Positions 1 through 7,547 of a stretch of 18,486 nt of DNA are shown here, piece by piece. Each line of letters begins with the position of its first letter. Within the stretch, counting starts at the first letter, position 1. Both the position numbers and the translations under genes were made by a program. The notes under the pieces were generated by a model. The model did not search any database. It was not told the DNA's origin and saw only the letters and a program-made list of their open reading frames with translations. This DNA comes from an uncultured Coxiellaceae bacterium (GTDB lineage Bacteria > Pseudomonadota > Gammaproteobacteria > DSM-16500): positions 1 to 18,486 of the forward strand of contig CAZTDR010000055.1 of assembly GCA_964612855.1 (NCBI GenBank). Reading direction: 5' to 3'.

Positions 1-551
1 TCTTTCAAAAAGAATGTAAAAGAAAGGGCATTGCACTTCGCATTTGAATTCGTGGCGGTGTCTAAATAGGTTTTTAGCTGATCCAATAAGATGTATTTTT
101 GGGGATCACCTGGGTGAGAACGTGGAATATCTATAATCGCTTGCAATAACTGTTGGAGTTTCGCTGTCACTCTCCCCACCTTCGCTGCTTCTGGAGTAAA
201 AGGCGGTAGCGAAGCTTTTTCCACCACAGGAAGTCGAGCATAGTGATCTGGATAAAATTTAACTGAGCAAATGGGCTCAACAACACTAGGTCTTGGCCCT
301 TCAAATAAAGCGGATGATCCATATGCTATCTTGTGCACTAAAAGCGTTTCATCATAATAAAGCCCCTGGCCCTCTAGGCCACTATCTCCCAGTGTTAGTT
401 TTACCGATAGCGCCGTTCCCTCTGTTTGAATTTCTACTCCATTGGTAGCATCATCCAAACGATTTTCGGGGATGCCGGCTTTTTTAAGACTCGCCAACAA
501 CATAGCGACGTCGTTTTTTTGTGAATTGTTATACGGGAAAAAGAATGTCAT
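1..551 (-). CDS. Hypothetical protein whose C-terminal part runs off the left window edge (N-terminus MTFFFPYNNSQKNDVAMLLASLKKAGIPENRLDD...)
   Basis: Hand translation of the minus strand from the ATG at 549-551 down to position 1 gives an open frame of at least 183 codons with no stop. GGAG lies 9 nt upstream of the ATG (reverse complement of 552-570). It is missing from the ORF track because it has no stop inside the window. No family recognised. Confidence 0.5.
   Translation of the reverse strand, partial: MTFFFPYNNSQKNDVAMLLASLKKAGIPENRLDDATNGVEIQTEGTALSVKLTLGDSGLEGQGLYYDETLLVHKIAYGSSALFEGPRPSVVEPICSVKFYPDHYARLPVVEKASLPPFTPEAAKVGRVTAKLQQLLQAIIDIPRSHPGDPQKYILLDQLKTYLDTATNSNAKCNALSFTFFLK
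31..54. repeat. 24-bp exact repeat ttgcacttcgcatttgaattcgtg, one of an inverted pair with 18444-18467. Lies inside the coding sequence of the 1-551 minus-strand ORF.
   Basis: Exact reverse-complement match to 18444-18467. A chance 24-mer match within 18.5 kb is about 1e-6. The identity stops sharply at both ends. Confidence 0.7.
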
Positions 552-700
552 AAATAAACTCCACACATAAAATTAATTATCTCATCTCTACATTTTGCTA
601 GACATACTATTTCATATGAAGCAGGATCTTGTAGAATCATCTAATTCTCGTTTTGCGTTTATAATAAATAGGCCACACATTATCCATAGTTGAGATTATT

Positions 701-1831
701 ATGCAATCAAGAGCTCGTCACTTTGTTGTAAGTTGTATTTTCATTTTAATGGCACAAAATGCAATAGCAGAAACGACAGTTCTACATCAATCACAATTAG
801 ATTCACTTCACACTAAAATTGTGCGCTTAAAAAATACCATCGCCGTCAACCAACAACAACAATCCAACTTACAGCAACGGTTAAAAATGGCCGAACTCGC
901 TAATGGAAAATTAAGCGAACAAATACTCAAGATCACACATGAACTGAATCAGCAAAAAATAAAATTGAGCGAATTAAATACTACACAAAAAATGACACAA
1001 ACACGTTTAAACTCCCAAAATACAGCGCTCGCCGAGCAATTACGCGCAGCCTACAAACTCGGCACACAAAATCAACTTAAAATCCTGTTAAACCAAGAAG
1101 ACATGAGCACAGCTAATCGTCACTTAACGTATTACAAAACATTAAACGAAACACGCGCGAAATTAATTGTCGATATCCAACAAAATTTGCAGCTGCTCAC
1201 CAAAACCATTCAAGATTCCGAACTACATGAACGCGCTTTAAAAAAATTACTGGCTGAAAAAGAGCGACAACAAACGAAACAAGCGCATATTTTACGGTTA
1301 CGCCAACAACTTATTACCCAACTAGGATTACAAACCGAGAGCAAACAAGCGCAAATTGAGTCATTACTTGCTAATCAAAAAACGCTGCAGGATACAGTTA
1401 TTCGTTTAAAACAGCGGGAATTTTTCACCACTGATCAATCATTTGATCAACTTAAAACAAAACTGATGTGGCCTGTTAAAGGTAATTTTGTTTCATCTTA
1501 TGGCAGTTTGCTTGATGTTGGTACACAGCGCTCAAATGGGGTTTTAATCCAAACACCGATGGGTTCCCCCGTACACGCAATTTATTCCGGCAAAATTATT
1601 TTTGCGGATTGGCTGCGGGGATTTGGTTTATTAGTCATTATTAATCATGGACATCAATACTTAAGCCTGTACGCACGCAACCAAGCTATTTATGCAAAAA
1701 CAGGACAATATGTCCGCACAGGTGACGTGATTTCTAGCAGCGGAAACTCGGGTGGTTATCAAAAACCGGGACTTTATTTTGAAATACGCGAAAAAGGTTT
1801 AGCGGTAAACCCTAAAATATGGTGCCGATAA
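701..1831 (+). CDS. envC: EnvC-like murein hydrolase activator: N-terminal signal peptide, long Q-rich coiled coil, and a C-terminal degenerate LytM/M23 domain
   Basis: Signal peptide MQSRARHFVVSCIFILMAQNAIA. Heptad-like Q/L-rich middle region. C-terminal 120 aa aligns by eye with E. coli EnvC LytM (WPVKG...ADWLRGFGLLVIINHG...LYFEIR...AVNP). The HxxxD motif is degenerate (VHAIYSG), as in EnvC. Followed by ctpA, the usual gammaproteobacterial pairing. Confidence 0.88.
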   Translation: MQSRARHFVVSCIFILMAQNAIAETTVLHQSQLDSLHTKIVRLKNTIAVNQQQQSNLQQRLKMAELANGKLSEQILKITHELNQQKIKLSELNTTQKMTQTRLNSQNTALAEQLRAAYKLGTQNQLKILLNQEDMSTANRHLTYYKTLNETRAKLIVDIQQNLQLLTKTIQDSELHERALKKLLAEKERQQTKQAHILRLRQQLITQLGLQTESKQAQIESLLANQKTLQDTVIRLKQREFFTTDQSFDQLKTKLMWPVKGNFVSSYGSLLDVGTQRSNGVLIQTPMGSPVHAIYSGKIIFADWLRGFGLLVIINHGHQYLSLYARNQAIYAKTGQYVRTGDVISSSGNSGGYQKPGLYFEIREKGLAVNPKIWCR

Positions 1832-1913
1832 TTTCCCACCCCAGCCTTCTTTAAATACGTTATACTTAATCCATCCCATGCATACTTTTTATCCTTCGCT
1901 AAAGGAATAATCT

Positions 1914-3359
1914 ATGAAACTCTATCCCCATCTTTTCGTAGTAAGTTTGCTAAGTATGGCTGTTATTTCTTTATCGTCTAGCTCTGTTTTTGCCTTTAAA
2001 GAAACGCGCAGCACGGATGTCATGACGAGCACTTCTTCAGACAGCAAAAATAAAAATGATGCGCTGCAAGAAAATGATGTATCACGATTTACAAATGCGA
2101 TTTCACAAATTAAAGATTTTTATGTACAACCCATCACTGATAAAAAATTATTAGAAGACGCGATTCGCGGCATGTTATCAGGACTTGATCCTCACTCAGA
2201 ATATTTAGATGAAAGTTCTTATAAAACATTATTAATGACCACCAGCGGTGCGTTTGGTGGATTAGGCATCGAAGTCACTGGAGAATATGGTGTCTTAAAA
2301 GTCATTACGCCAATTGATGATACACCTGCCGCTAAAGCTGGCATTAAATCCAGCGATTATATTGTTGCCATCGATGGCAAATTAGTGAATGAAATGACGT
2401 TGAATGAAGCCGTCGAAAAAATGCGTGGCAAAAAAGGCACGCAAGTTACCTTAACTGTATTACGCAAAGGACAAAAAGCACCTCTCAGTTTTAAATTGAC
2501 ACGAGATGAAATTCGCATCTCCAGCATCAAAAGTAAAATGCTGGCTAACGGTTTTGGTTATATCCGAATTAGCGAATTTCAAGAACCGACAACTGAATTG
2601 ATGATTAGCTCCATTAAAAAATTGCAGCAAGAATCGGGAGGAAACTTAAAAGGACTGATTCTCGATTTGCGCAATAATCCGGGTGGATTATTAGAAACAG
2701 CCGTGCAAGTTGCGGATGTATTTTTAGATTCTAAAAAAATTGGCGGTCAATTTAATGACCGAATTGTTTATACTGAAGGACGCATTCCCAGCGCGAAATA
2801 CGATGCGAAAGCCAGCAGTGGCGATATGCTAAAAGGCATCCCCATGGTGGTATTAATTAATGAAGGCTCTGCATCCGCTTCAGAAATTGTCGCCGGCGCC
2901 TTACAAGATTATCATCGCGCAATTGTCGTTGGCATTACGAGCTTCGGCAAAGGCTCCGTGCAAACCGTTTTACCTTTAGATAACACACACGCGATCAAAC
3001 TCACCACCGCACTCTATCACACGCCATCCGGTCGCCTCATTCAAAACAAAGGGATTACACCGGATATTGTTGTAGAAAATCTACAAATAGCGGCTGGCAA
3101 TAAATCAGAAGATTTAATAATTGCACCGATTAGAGAATTTGAACTAAAAGGTCACCTGCCTGTTCCTGGCAAAAATGCTGATAACACGGCCGCGCCGACA
3201 CTGATTAATGACCAAACGCAAAGTGGTGCCGGTTTAGCGCGTTCTGATTTTCAGCTCTATCAAGCACTCGAAATATTGAAGACGATGAATATGCTAGGAC
3301 AAAGCAAATTTGCAACGCCAAGCCTGGATGAAGCAACCAAGGCGATTACTAAAAAATAA
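1914..3359 (+). CDS. ctpA: Carboxyl-terminal processing protease (S41A family, PDZ domain), periplasmic
   Basis: Signal peptide MKLYPHLFVVSLLSMAVISLSSSSVFA. PDZ region (GGLGIEV...VITPIDDTPAAKAGIKSSDYIVAIDG). S41 catalytic region VLINEGSASASEIVAGALQD...TSFGKGSVQ (Ser/Lys dyad context). RBS aaaggaataatctATG. Confidence 0.9.
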   Translation: MKLYPHLFVVSLLSMAVISLSSSSVFAFKETRSTDVMTSTSSDSKNKNDALQENDVSRFTNAISQIKDFYVQPITDKKLLEDAIRGMLSGLDPHSEYLDESSYKTLLMTTSGAFGGLGIEVTGEYGVLKVITPIDDTPAAKAGIKSSDYIVAIDGKLVNEMTLNEAVEKMRGKKGTQVTLTVLRKGQKAPLSFKLTRDEIRISSIKSKMLANGFGYIRISEFQEPTTELMISSIKKLQQESGGNLKGLILDLRNNPGGLLETAVQVADVFLDSKKIGGQFNDRIVYTEGRIPSAKYDAKASSGDMLKGIPMVVLINEGSASASEIVAGALQDYHRAIVVGITSFGKGSVQTVLPLDNTHAIKLTTALYHTPSGRLIQNKGITPDIVVENLQIAAGNKSEDLIIAPIREFELKGHLPVPGKNADNTAAPTLINDQTQSGAGLARSDFQLYQALEILKTMNMLGQSKFATPSLDEATKAITKK

Positions 3360-3380
3360 GCCGAGTATATACGGAAGCTC

Positions 3381-3424
3381 AATGTGGGGTGGATTAGATG
3401 CGTTTTTTGCATCGTAATCCACCC
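3381..3424 (-). repeat. Family B hairpin repeat, copy 1 (reverse orientation relative to copies 2 and 3), between the convergent ctpA and SPFH genes
   Basis: ggtggattagatgcgttttttgcatcgtaatccacc at 3388-3423 is the reverse complement of the 6897-6932 copy. It has an internal 15-16 bp imperfect stem (ggtggatta.gatgc / gcatc.taatccacc) with an A6-7 loop. Confidence 0.8.
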
Positions 3425-3464
3425 GATCTAAATAGCAGTGATATATTTCGCAAGAGGGAATGCT

Positions 3465-4640
3465 TTAAGAACTCACTAACGAATTCCTGTTACCCCGATT
3501 TATCACAGCTGTGGGTGAGACCACCGGCAAAGTCAATTGCGGCAATCCTAATTGAGCCCCACCTCCTGTAGTCGCTTGAGAAAAAAACAAGTGAGGGTTA
3601 TTCGCTCCGCGAACCAAGTCAACTTGTTGTGAACCCAGATACACGGCTAATGCAGCAGGATTCTCCTTGCATTCTTTTGTGAAGGAATTGATTGCATCTC
3701 CTTTTAACTTAATCGCTTTTGCCTCTGCTTCTCCAATCTTTATTTTGGCTTGCGCGTCCGCTTCTGCTGCGATCACTTTTACATCTGCTGCTCGTTGTGC
3801 TGACAGCATTTGAGACTGGGCTTGTGATTGAATCACGGCGCCTTGCGCCAGCTCATGAGCCAAGCTTTTATCATTGATATTCCAACTTGTAATTCCTATC
3901 GTCACTAATTTAATTCCGCGTGCTGCTAATAACTGTGTAATTGCCTCCGTTATTTCAGTAATGACGGAGGTAACGCCATGAGCTGCTCGATCACGTCCAA
4001 TATTTGTCGCCGGGGCAAAATCAGCTAAATTGTGATGGTTAACAATCTGAGAAATAGTATATCTCGCAATTTCAAGAATAGATTTTTCAATTTCATCCAC
4101 TTTACCAATAGCAGCCTCAGGATCTTCTATTTGATAACGCACATCAGCATGCAGGGTTATACCCACATTATCACTGGTGTAACCCTGAACTGATTCCAGT
4201 TTTCTCGTTTCTTCCTTCACGGAAATAAAACTCGACACCGTATGAGCAGGATCACTCAATAAATATTGACCTTGTTTAAGCATGATAAGCTGGCCCTTGG
4301 CGCCGAATGTTTTAGCAACACAGCCCGTTTCCACTCTTACAATTTTAAAAGGTCCCAATTTAATCAACGAAGTGGATAAAGAGGCAGGCTCAGATGGGGA
4401 AGTTTCCCATGGAAAATTTGAATGGCGTCCTGGTGGGATTAAGGTCACTTTGCCGCGAATATTACTGCGCATTCCTATCTCACCTGGCCTGACGATAAAT
4501 GTTGTCGCCCATAAATAAAGCGCGCCTAGTCCGAATGTACCTATAGCAAATGCCCATTTTTTTAACTCTCGCCGACTTTTTTTTCTTGAATCTTCATACT
4601 CTCTACTGATTTCATCCATATTAAAATGAGACACTGTCAT
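3465..4640 (-). CDS. SPFH/band-7 (stomatin/prohibitin/HflKC-like) membrane protein
   Basis: N-terminal TM segment WAFAIGTFGLGALYLWATTFIV followed by a band-7 core (KIVRVETGCVAKTFGAKGQL...ITLHADVRYQIEDPEAA...IARYTISQIVNHH). Ala/Gln-rich coiled-coil C-terminal half is typical of SPFH proteins. RBS GAGGGG upstream of the ATG. Confidence 0.8.
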   Translation of the reverse strand: MTVSHFNMDEISREYEDSRKKSRRELKKWAFAIGTFGLGALYLWATTFIVRPGEIGMRSNIRGKVTLIPPGRHSNFPWETSPSEPASLSTSLIKLGPFKIVRVETGCVAKTFGAKGQLIMLKQGQYLLSDPAHTVSSFISVKEETRKLESVQGYTSDNVGITLHADVRYQIEDPEAAIGKVDEIEKSILEIARYTISQIVNHHNLADFAPATNIGRDRAAHGVTSVITEITEAITQLLAARGIKLVTIGITSWNINDKSLAHELAQGAVIQSQAQSQMLSAQRAADVKVIAAEADAQAKIKIGEAEAKAIKLKGDAINSFTKECKENPAALAVYLGSQQVDLVRGANNPHLFFSQATTGGGAQLGLPQLTLPVVSPTAVINRGNRNSLVSS

Positions 4641-4846
4641 AAAATTCCCCTCTTTTTTTAAAGTTGATTAACTGAGCGAGACTTTAACATCAGAGGAAAT
4701 AACGATGTGTATCATGACAAAAATGTAATAAAGCTGCATGAACTGACGATTTGCAGACGAACGGATTAGACCGTCATCCAATGCCGTCATCTCTAACAAA
4801 AGTTTTCGGGGATGACAACATCAGATAATGGCAGGCCGAAGTTGAT

Positions 4847-5233
4847 CTAGATGGTTTTTGTTGCAATCCCTTCAATTTCAACCGTCGCACCTTTCGGTAA
4901 GGCAGAAACTTGAATAGTCGTACGGGCAGGATACGGTTGTTGAAAATAGCGTGCGATAGACTCATTGACTGCTGCCACATCGGCTAAGTTTGTCAAATAT
5001 ACGGTCAATTTTACTATATGTTCCAGTGAGCTATTCGCCGCTTCCAATACATTTTTCATGTTTTCAAAAACTTGCTCAACCTGCCGCTCTATATTCCCCT
5101 CAACCAGCGCCATCGAATGCGGGTCCAACGGAATTTGACCAGAAAGAAAAATCAAATGACCCGCGTCTATGGCTTGTGAATAACTCCCAATAGCGGCAGG
5201 CGCTTGCTCAGTGTGTATTTTTTTGCGAAGCAT
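4847..5233 (-). CDS. ridA: RidA/YjgF/TdcF-family reactive enamine/imine deaminase
   Basis: 128 aa. Full-length similarity to the RidA family (APAAIGSYSQAI...LFLSGQIPLDP...QVFENMKNVLEAAN...VKLTVYLTNLADVAAVNE...PARTTIQVSALPKGATVEIE). AGGA in the RBS. Confidence 0.9.
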   Translation of the reverse strand: MLRKKIHTEQAPAAIGSYSQAIDAGHLIFLSGQIPLDPHSMALVEGNIERQVEQVFENMKNVLEAANSSLEHIVKLTVYLTNLADVAAVNESIARYFQQPYPARTTIQVSALPKGATVEIEGIATKTI

Positions 5234-5344
5234 GTTCCTATCCTATAAAAAACTCGCATTCTACTCTGTTTCAGCTCAGCAAACTATCTGCGACCCAAAA
5301 GCGCTTTATCCGAAGAGAAACGAAAAACAACACCTTATAAGAAA

Positions 5345-5373
5345 TTGACTTATAAAAATCGCAGAATTAGTAT
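5345..5373 (+). promoter_or_regulatory. Predicted sigma70 promoter for the 5419 gene: -35 TTGACT (5345-5350), 17-bp spacer, -10 TAGTAT (5368-5373)
   Basis: Near-consensus hexamers at optimal spacing, about 45 nt upstream of the ATG at 5419. A CTTATAA direct repeat (5333-5339 and 5348-5354) overlaps the -35 region. Confidence 0.5.
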
Positions 5374-5418
5374 ACGGTGCATGGTTTCTGCTTTATAAAA
5401 ATAAAGGGCGCAATCGAT

Positions 5419-6840
5419 ATGCTAGAAACATATGAACCCGCAAAAAAAATTAACCCCTCGGCTGACTTGCTGCCCAATATTAACCCGGTAAGCGTGGATA
5501 CTTTAGCTGTATCCGATCATGTGCTTCATAGCGAAAGCAAGGGTCTCATGAGTGTCTTCCGATCAGCTGATATACTAGATGACCAGGGCAAGATTCCAGA
5601 AGATGAGGCTTATGAGAAAGCAAACACCTTAGTTAACTTATCTAACAACTTAAGAAAATACGCCTCCCTCGCCTTCTTGTTTTTCCTTTGGGTTAATTTT
5701 TATCGATCTGCTAACTCTTTTTTTCATGCTAAAAATAAAAAATGGAATCACTACTTAGATTTCACCGTTAACTCTGTTGCCACCTTGGGTTTGACAGCGC
5801 TCTACATTTTCAGTATTGCCTCACTTGGCACCGCTTGTGCCTATGTCGCACCTTACCTGTTAACAGCAGTTTTGGGCGTTAAAGTGATAACCAGTGTTTA
5901 CAATTGCGCAAAGAATCTTTATTACCTCTATAAAACAGGCGACATGGCTTTTCTTACAGAAGCCGCCAAACAACTCTTAAGCATCGTGACTTATGCATTT
6001 GGATTAATCTTAACGCTTTTGCTCGGCCCTCAGTTAAACCAGCTAACGCAGGATGTACAAGGAGAAGCTGACCTAGTTAGAAACGGTGGTGAACCGGACG
6101 CTCTTTACGACAGCCTGGGATCAATGAAAAATTTATTTGCAACTTACCAACCGCTAATTACAGGTCTAGTGATTACTTCTGTCATTGCAACTACCGTCGA
6201 CCTTCTTATCTCTACTTATCATCTTAATAGAGAAACCTTACAGGATTTGAAAAATCCCATGCAAACCCTGCAAAATGCTTGGGCAGAAGCAAGAAATGGC
6301 AAGTGGCCAACCTTAGGCGCTATCCATTTTTTTCTTAAAGGCATTGCCAAAGCTATTTCACTACTTTTGCTTCCGATTCATGGTATTTTTGGTCTAGCTT
6401 ATAAAATTAACGCCAGTCTGCTGGATGATTTGAAGGGCCTGAAGAATTTCACAGCGACGGCTAAGCAAACGTTAAACCATCTAGTCCAGACACCCTTGAA
6501 AACCCTAGGCATGAGTCTGGTTAAAGTTATTTTTCTGCCTTTTATAGCTCTTTACCCTTTTATTACAGGGATTATTAATAAAAAAAATCAGCCCAATATC
6601 GCAGCCGTTGTTCCCCCAAACAATAAAAACCTTGTTAATCCAAACAAACAATCATTGCCAGCCGTTTTTTTGCAAGACATTGAGGAAAACCGAAAGGGGC
6701 CTACTGCGAGCATAGGAAATACAAATCAGCGGAACACTGTTTACGGGAAATCCCCGCGCAGGATTTCTCTTTTTAGCCTTTCTCAATCAACAGTGCCCTG
6801 TGAGTTTGAGCCCAATAGAAAAAACAGACCAACCATTTAG
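5419..6840 (+). CDS. Hypothetical polytopic membrane protein (about 6-7 TM segments, hydrophilic N- and C-terminal domains, N/P-rich C-terminus). No recognisable family.
   Basis: The ORF track frame 5377-6840 begins with GTG. The ATG at 5419 (MLETYEP...) has AAAGGG 10 nt upstream and lies downstream of the predicted promoter. Hydrophobic segments include YASLAFLFFLWVNFY, VATLGLTALYIFSIASLGTACAYVAPYLLTAVLGV, LLSIVTYAFGLILTLLLGP, LITGLVITSVIATTVDLLI, AKAISLLLLPIHGIFGLAY and VKVIFLPFIALYPFITGII. Confidence 0.65.
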   Translation: MLETYEPAKKINPSADLLPNINPVSVDTLAVSDHVLHSESKGLMSVFRSADILDDQGKIPEDEAYEKANTLVNLSNNLRKYASLAFLFFLWVNFYRSANSFFHAKNKKWNHYLDFTVNSVATLGLTALYIFSIASLGTACAYVAPYLLTAVLGVKVITSVYNCAKNLYYLYKTGDMAFLTEAAKQLLSIVTYAFGLILTLLLGPQLNQLTQDVQGEADLVRNGGEPDALYDSLGSMKNLFATYQPLITGLVITSVIATTVDLLISTYHLNRETLQDLKNPMQTLQNAWAEARNGKWPTLGAIHFFLKGIAKAISLLLLPIHGIFGLAYKINASLLDDLKGLKNFTATAKQTLNHLVQTPLKTLGMSLVKVIFLPFIALYPFITGIINKKNQPNIAAVVPPNNKNLVNPNKQSLPAVFLQDIEENRKGPTASIGNTNQRNTVYGKSPRRISLFSLSQSTVPCEFEPNRKNRPTI

Positions 6841-6896
6841 TAGCAAAGCCGCCGGGCATGGCACCAGCAAACTATAATTAAATTGCAGTATTGTTT

Positions 6897-6937
6897 GGTG
6901 GATTACGATGCAAAAAACGCATCTAATCCCCCCTACG
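6897..6937 (+). repeat. Family B hairpin repeat, copy 2, 57 nt after the stop of the 5419 gene
   Basis: ggtggattacgatgcaaaaaacgcatctaatccccc followed by the tail ctacg. Same element as 3388-3423 (reverse complement) and 18319-18360. Confidence 0.8.
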
Positions 6938-6979
6938 TTTTACCTGAAAATCAGAGGTGACCGTCCCTACGGTTGAGGT

Positions 6980-7018
6980 GTAGGGGCATGGCGTGCCATG
7001 CCCCGCGGCTTTGCTAGG
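6980..7018. repeat. Family A palindrome, truncated copy (left arm plus the start of the centre), between the convergent 5419 gene and the 7048-7389 gene
   Basis: gtaggggcatggcgtgccatgcccc gcggctttgct matches the arm gtaggggcacggcgtgccgtgccc and the centre start agcggcgtttact of the full copies at 12133 and 15123. The arm is itself a perfect 10-bp-stem hairpin (ggggcatggc gt gccatgcccc) and could act as a bidirectional terminator. Confidence 0.7.
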
Positions 7019-7047
7019 AATGAATGACACAGAACAAAATTTACGCG

Positions 7048-7389
7048 CTACTCAATTTTAGTGCCTTCTGCCCCGTTACATGTGTGACAGGATGTCTTGC
7101 AGCAAGAACAATGGCCTCGATTACAGCAGCATAAACACAGATTATATAGCCATGCTAAAATCAAGCCCGAGAAAAATCCTTTTAGGAAGCCCCAACCACC
7201 CGCAATCAAGCTGCCTTTAACAGACACATCAATACCAGGAAAGAAGGTTGCCCATTCTGCTACTAATGCCGTACCAAACACACCTTGCATGGCCATCAAC
7301 CCAACCACTAACATCCCAACCCCACACATGAGTCCCATTGCCACGCCTAAAGCCACTGCACTTAATCGTGCTTTCTTGAGCCCAATCAT
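7048..7389 (-). CDS. Small (113 aa) two-TM membrane protein with a cysteine-string-like C-terminal tail (CLCCCNRGHCSCCKTSCHTC). No family recognised.
   Basis: Consensus Shine-Dalgarno AAAGGAGG (reverse complement of 7395-7402) 6 nt upstream of the ATG at 7387-7389. Two hydrophobic segments (LSAVALGVAMGLMCGVGMLVVGLMAM and SLIAGGWGFLKGFFSGLILAWLY). 9 Cys and 2 His within the last 30 residues. Confidence 0.7.
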   Translation of the reverse strand: MIGLKKARLSAVALGVAMGLMCGVGMLVVGLMAMQGVFGTALVAEWATFFPGIDVSVKGSLIAGGWGFLKGFFSGLILAWLYNLCLCCCNRGHCSCCKTSCHTCNGAEGTKIE

Positions 7390-7547
7390 ATATATCCTCC
7401 TTTACCTAATGCCTTAATAATTAAAGACTCTCTGTCCTATATTAGTATATCTCAAAAATAAAGGGTTTGGGGCTGTTTACAATAGTTGGCTCAATTTGGT
7501 AGATTCGGGCTGTCTTTCAATTACTATTCTCATGGAAACAGAGCCCT

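Noticed and set aside
4282-4518. 78-aa plus-strand ORF inside the SPFH gene, and the ORFs at 4774-4980 and 4990-5193 overlapping ridA
   Set aside because: Antisense shadow ORFs of confidently assigned genes. No start signals.
4771-4791. Direct repeat CCGTCATC x2 in the ridA/SPFH intergenic region, and a 7-codon mini-ORF (ATGTGTATCATGACAAAAATGTAA) with an AGGAAA RBS at about 4693-4716
   Set aside because: Too short, with no supporting context. The mini-ORF is on the strand opposite to both neighbouring genes. Noted only as possible promoter-region features for the SPFH gene.
5377-5418. GTG start at 5377 given in the ORF track for the polytopic membrane protein
   Set aside because: The predicted promoter's -10 ends at 5373, which would leave no room for a leader or RBS. 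The ATG at 5419 has an AAAGGG RBS and sensible spacing from the promoter. It is kept as an alternative only.
7097-7417. 106-aa plus-strand ORF overlapping the small Cys-string gene
   Set aside because: It is antisense to the 7048-7389 gene, which has a consensus SD. It has no RBS of its own and its composition is dictated by the opposite strand.
7411-7426. TTAATAATTAA palindrome upstream of the small Cys-string gene, considered as a PmrA-type tandem TTAATA box
   Set aside because: Only one half-site-like unit is present. The spacing and the second repeat expected for the tandem PmrA element are absent. I could not support a regulator site from the sequence alone.
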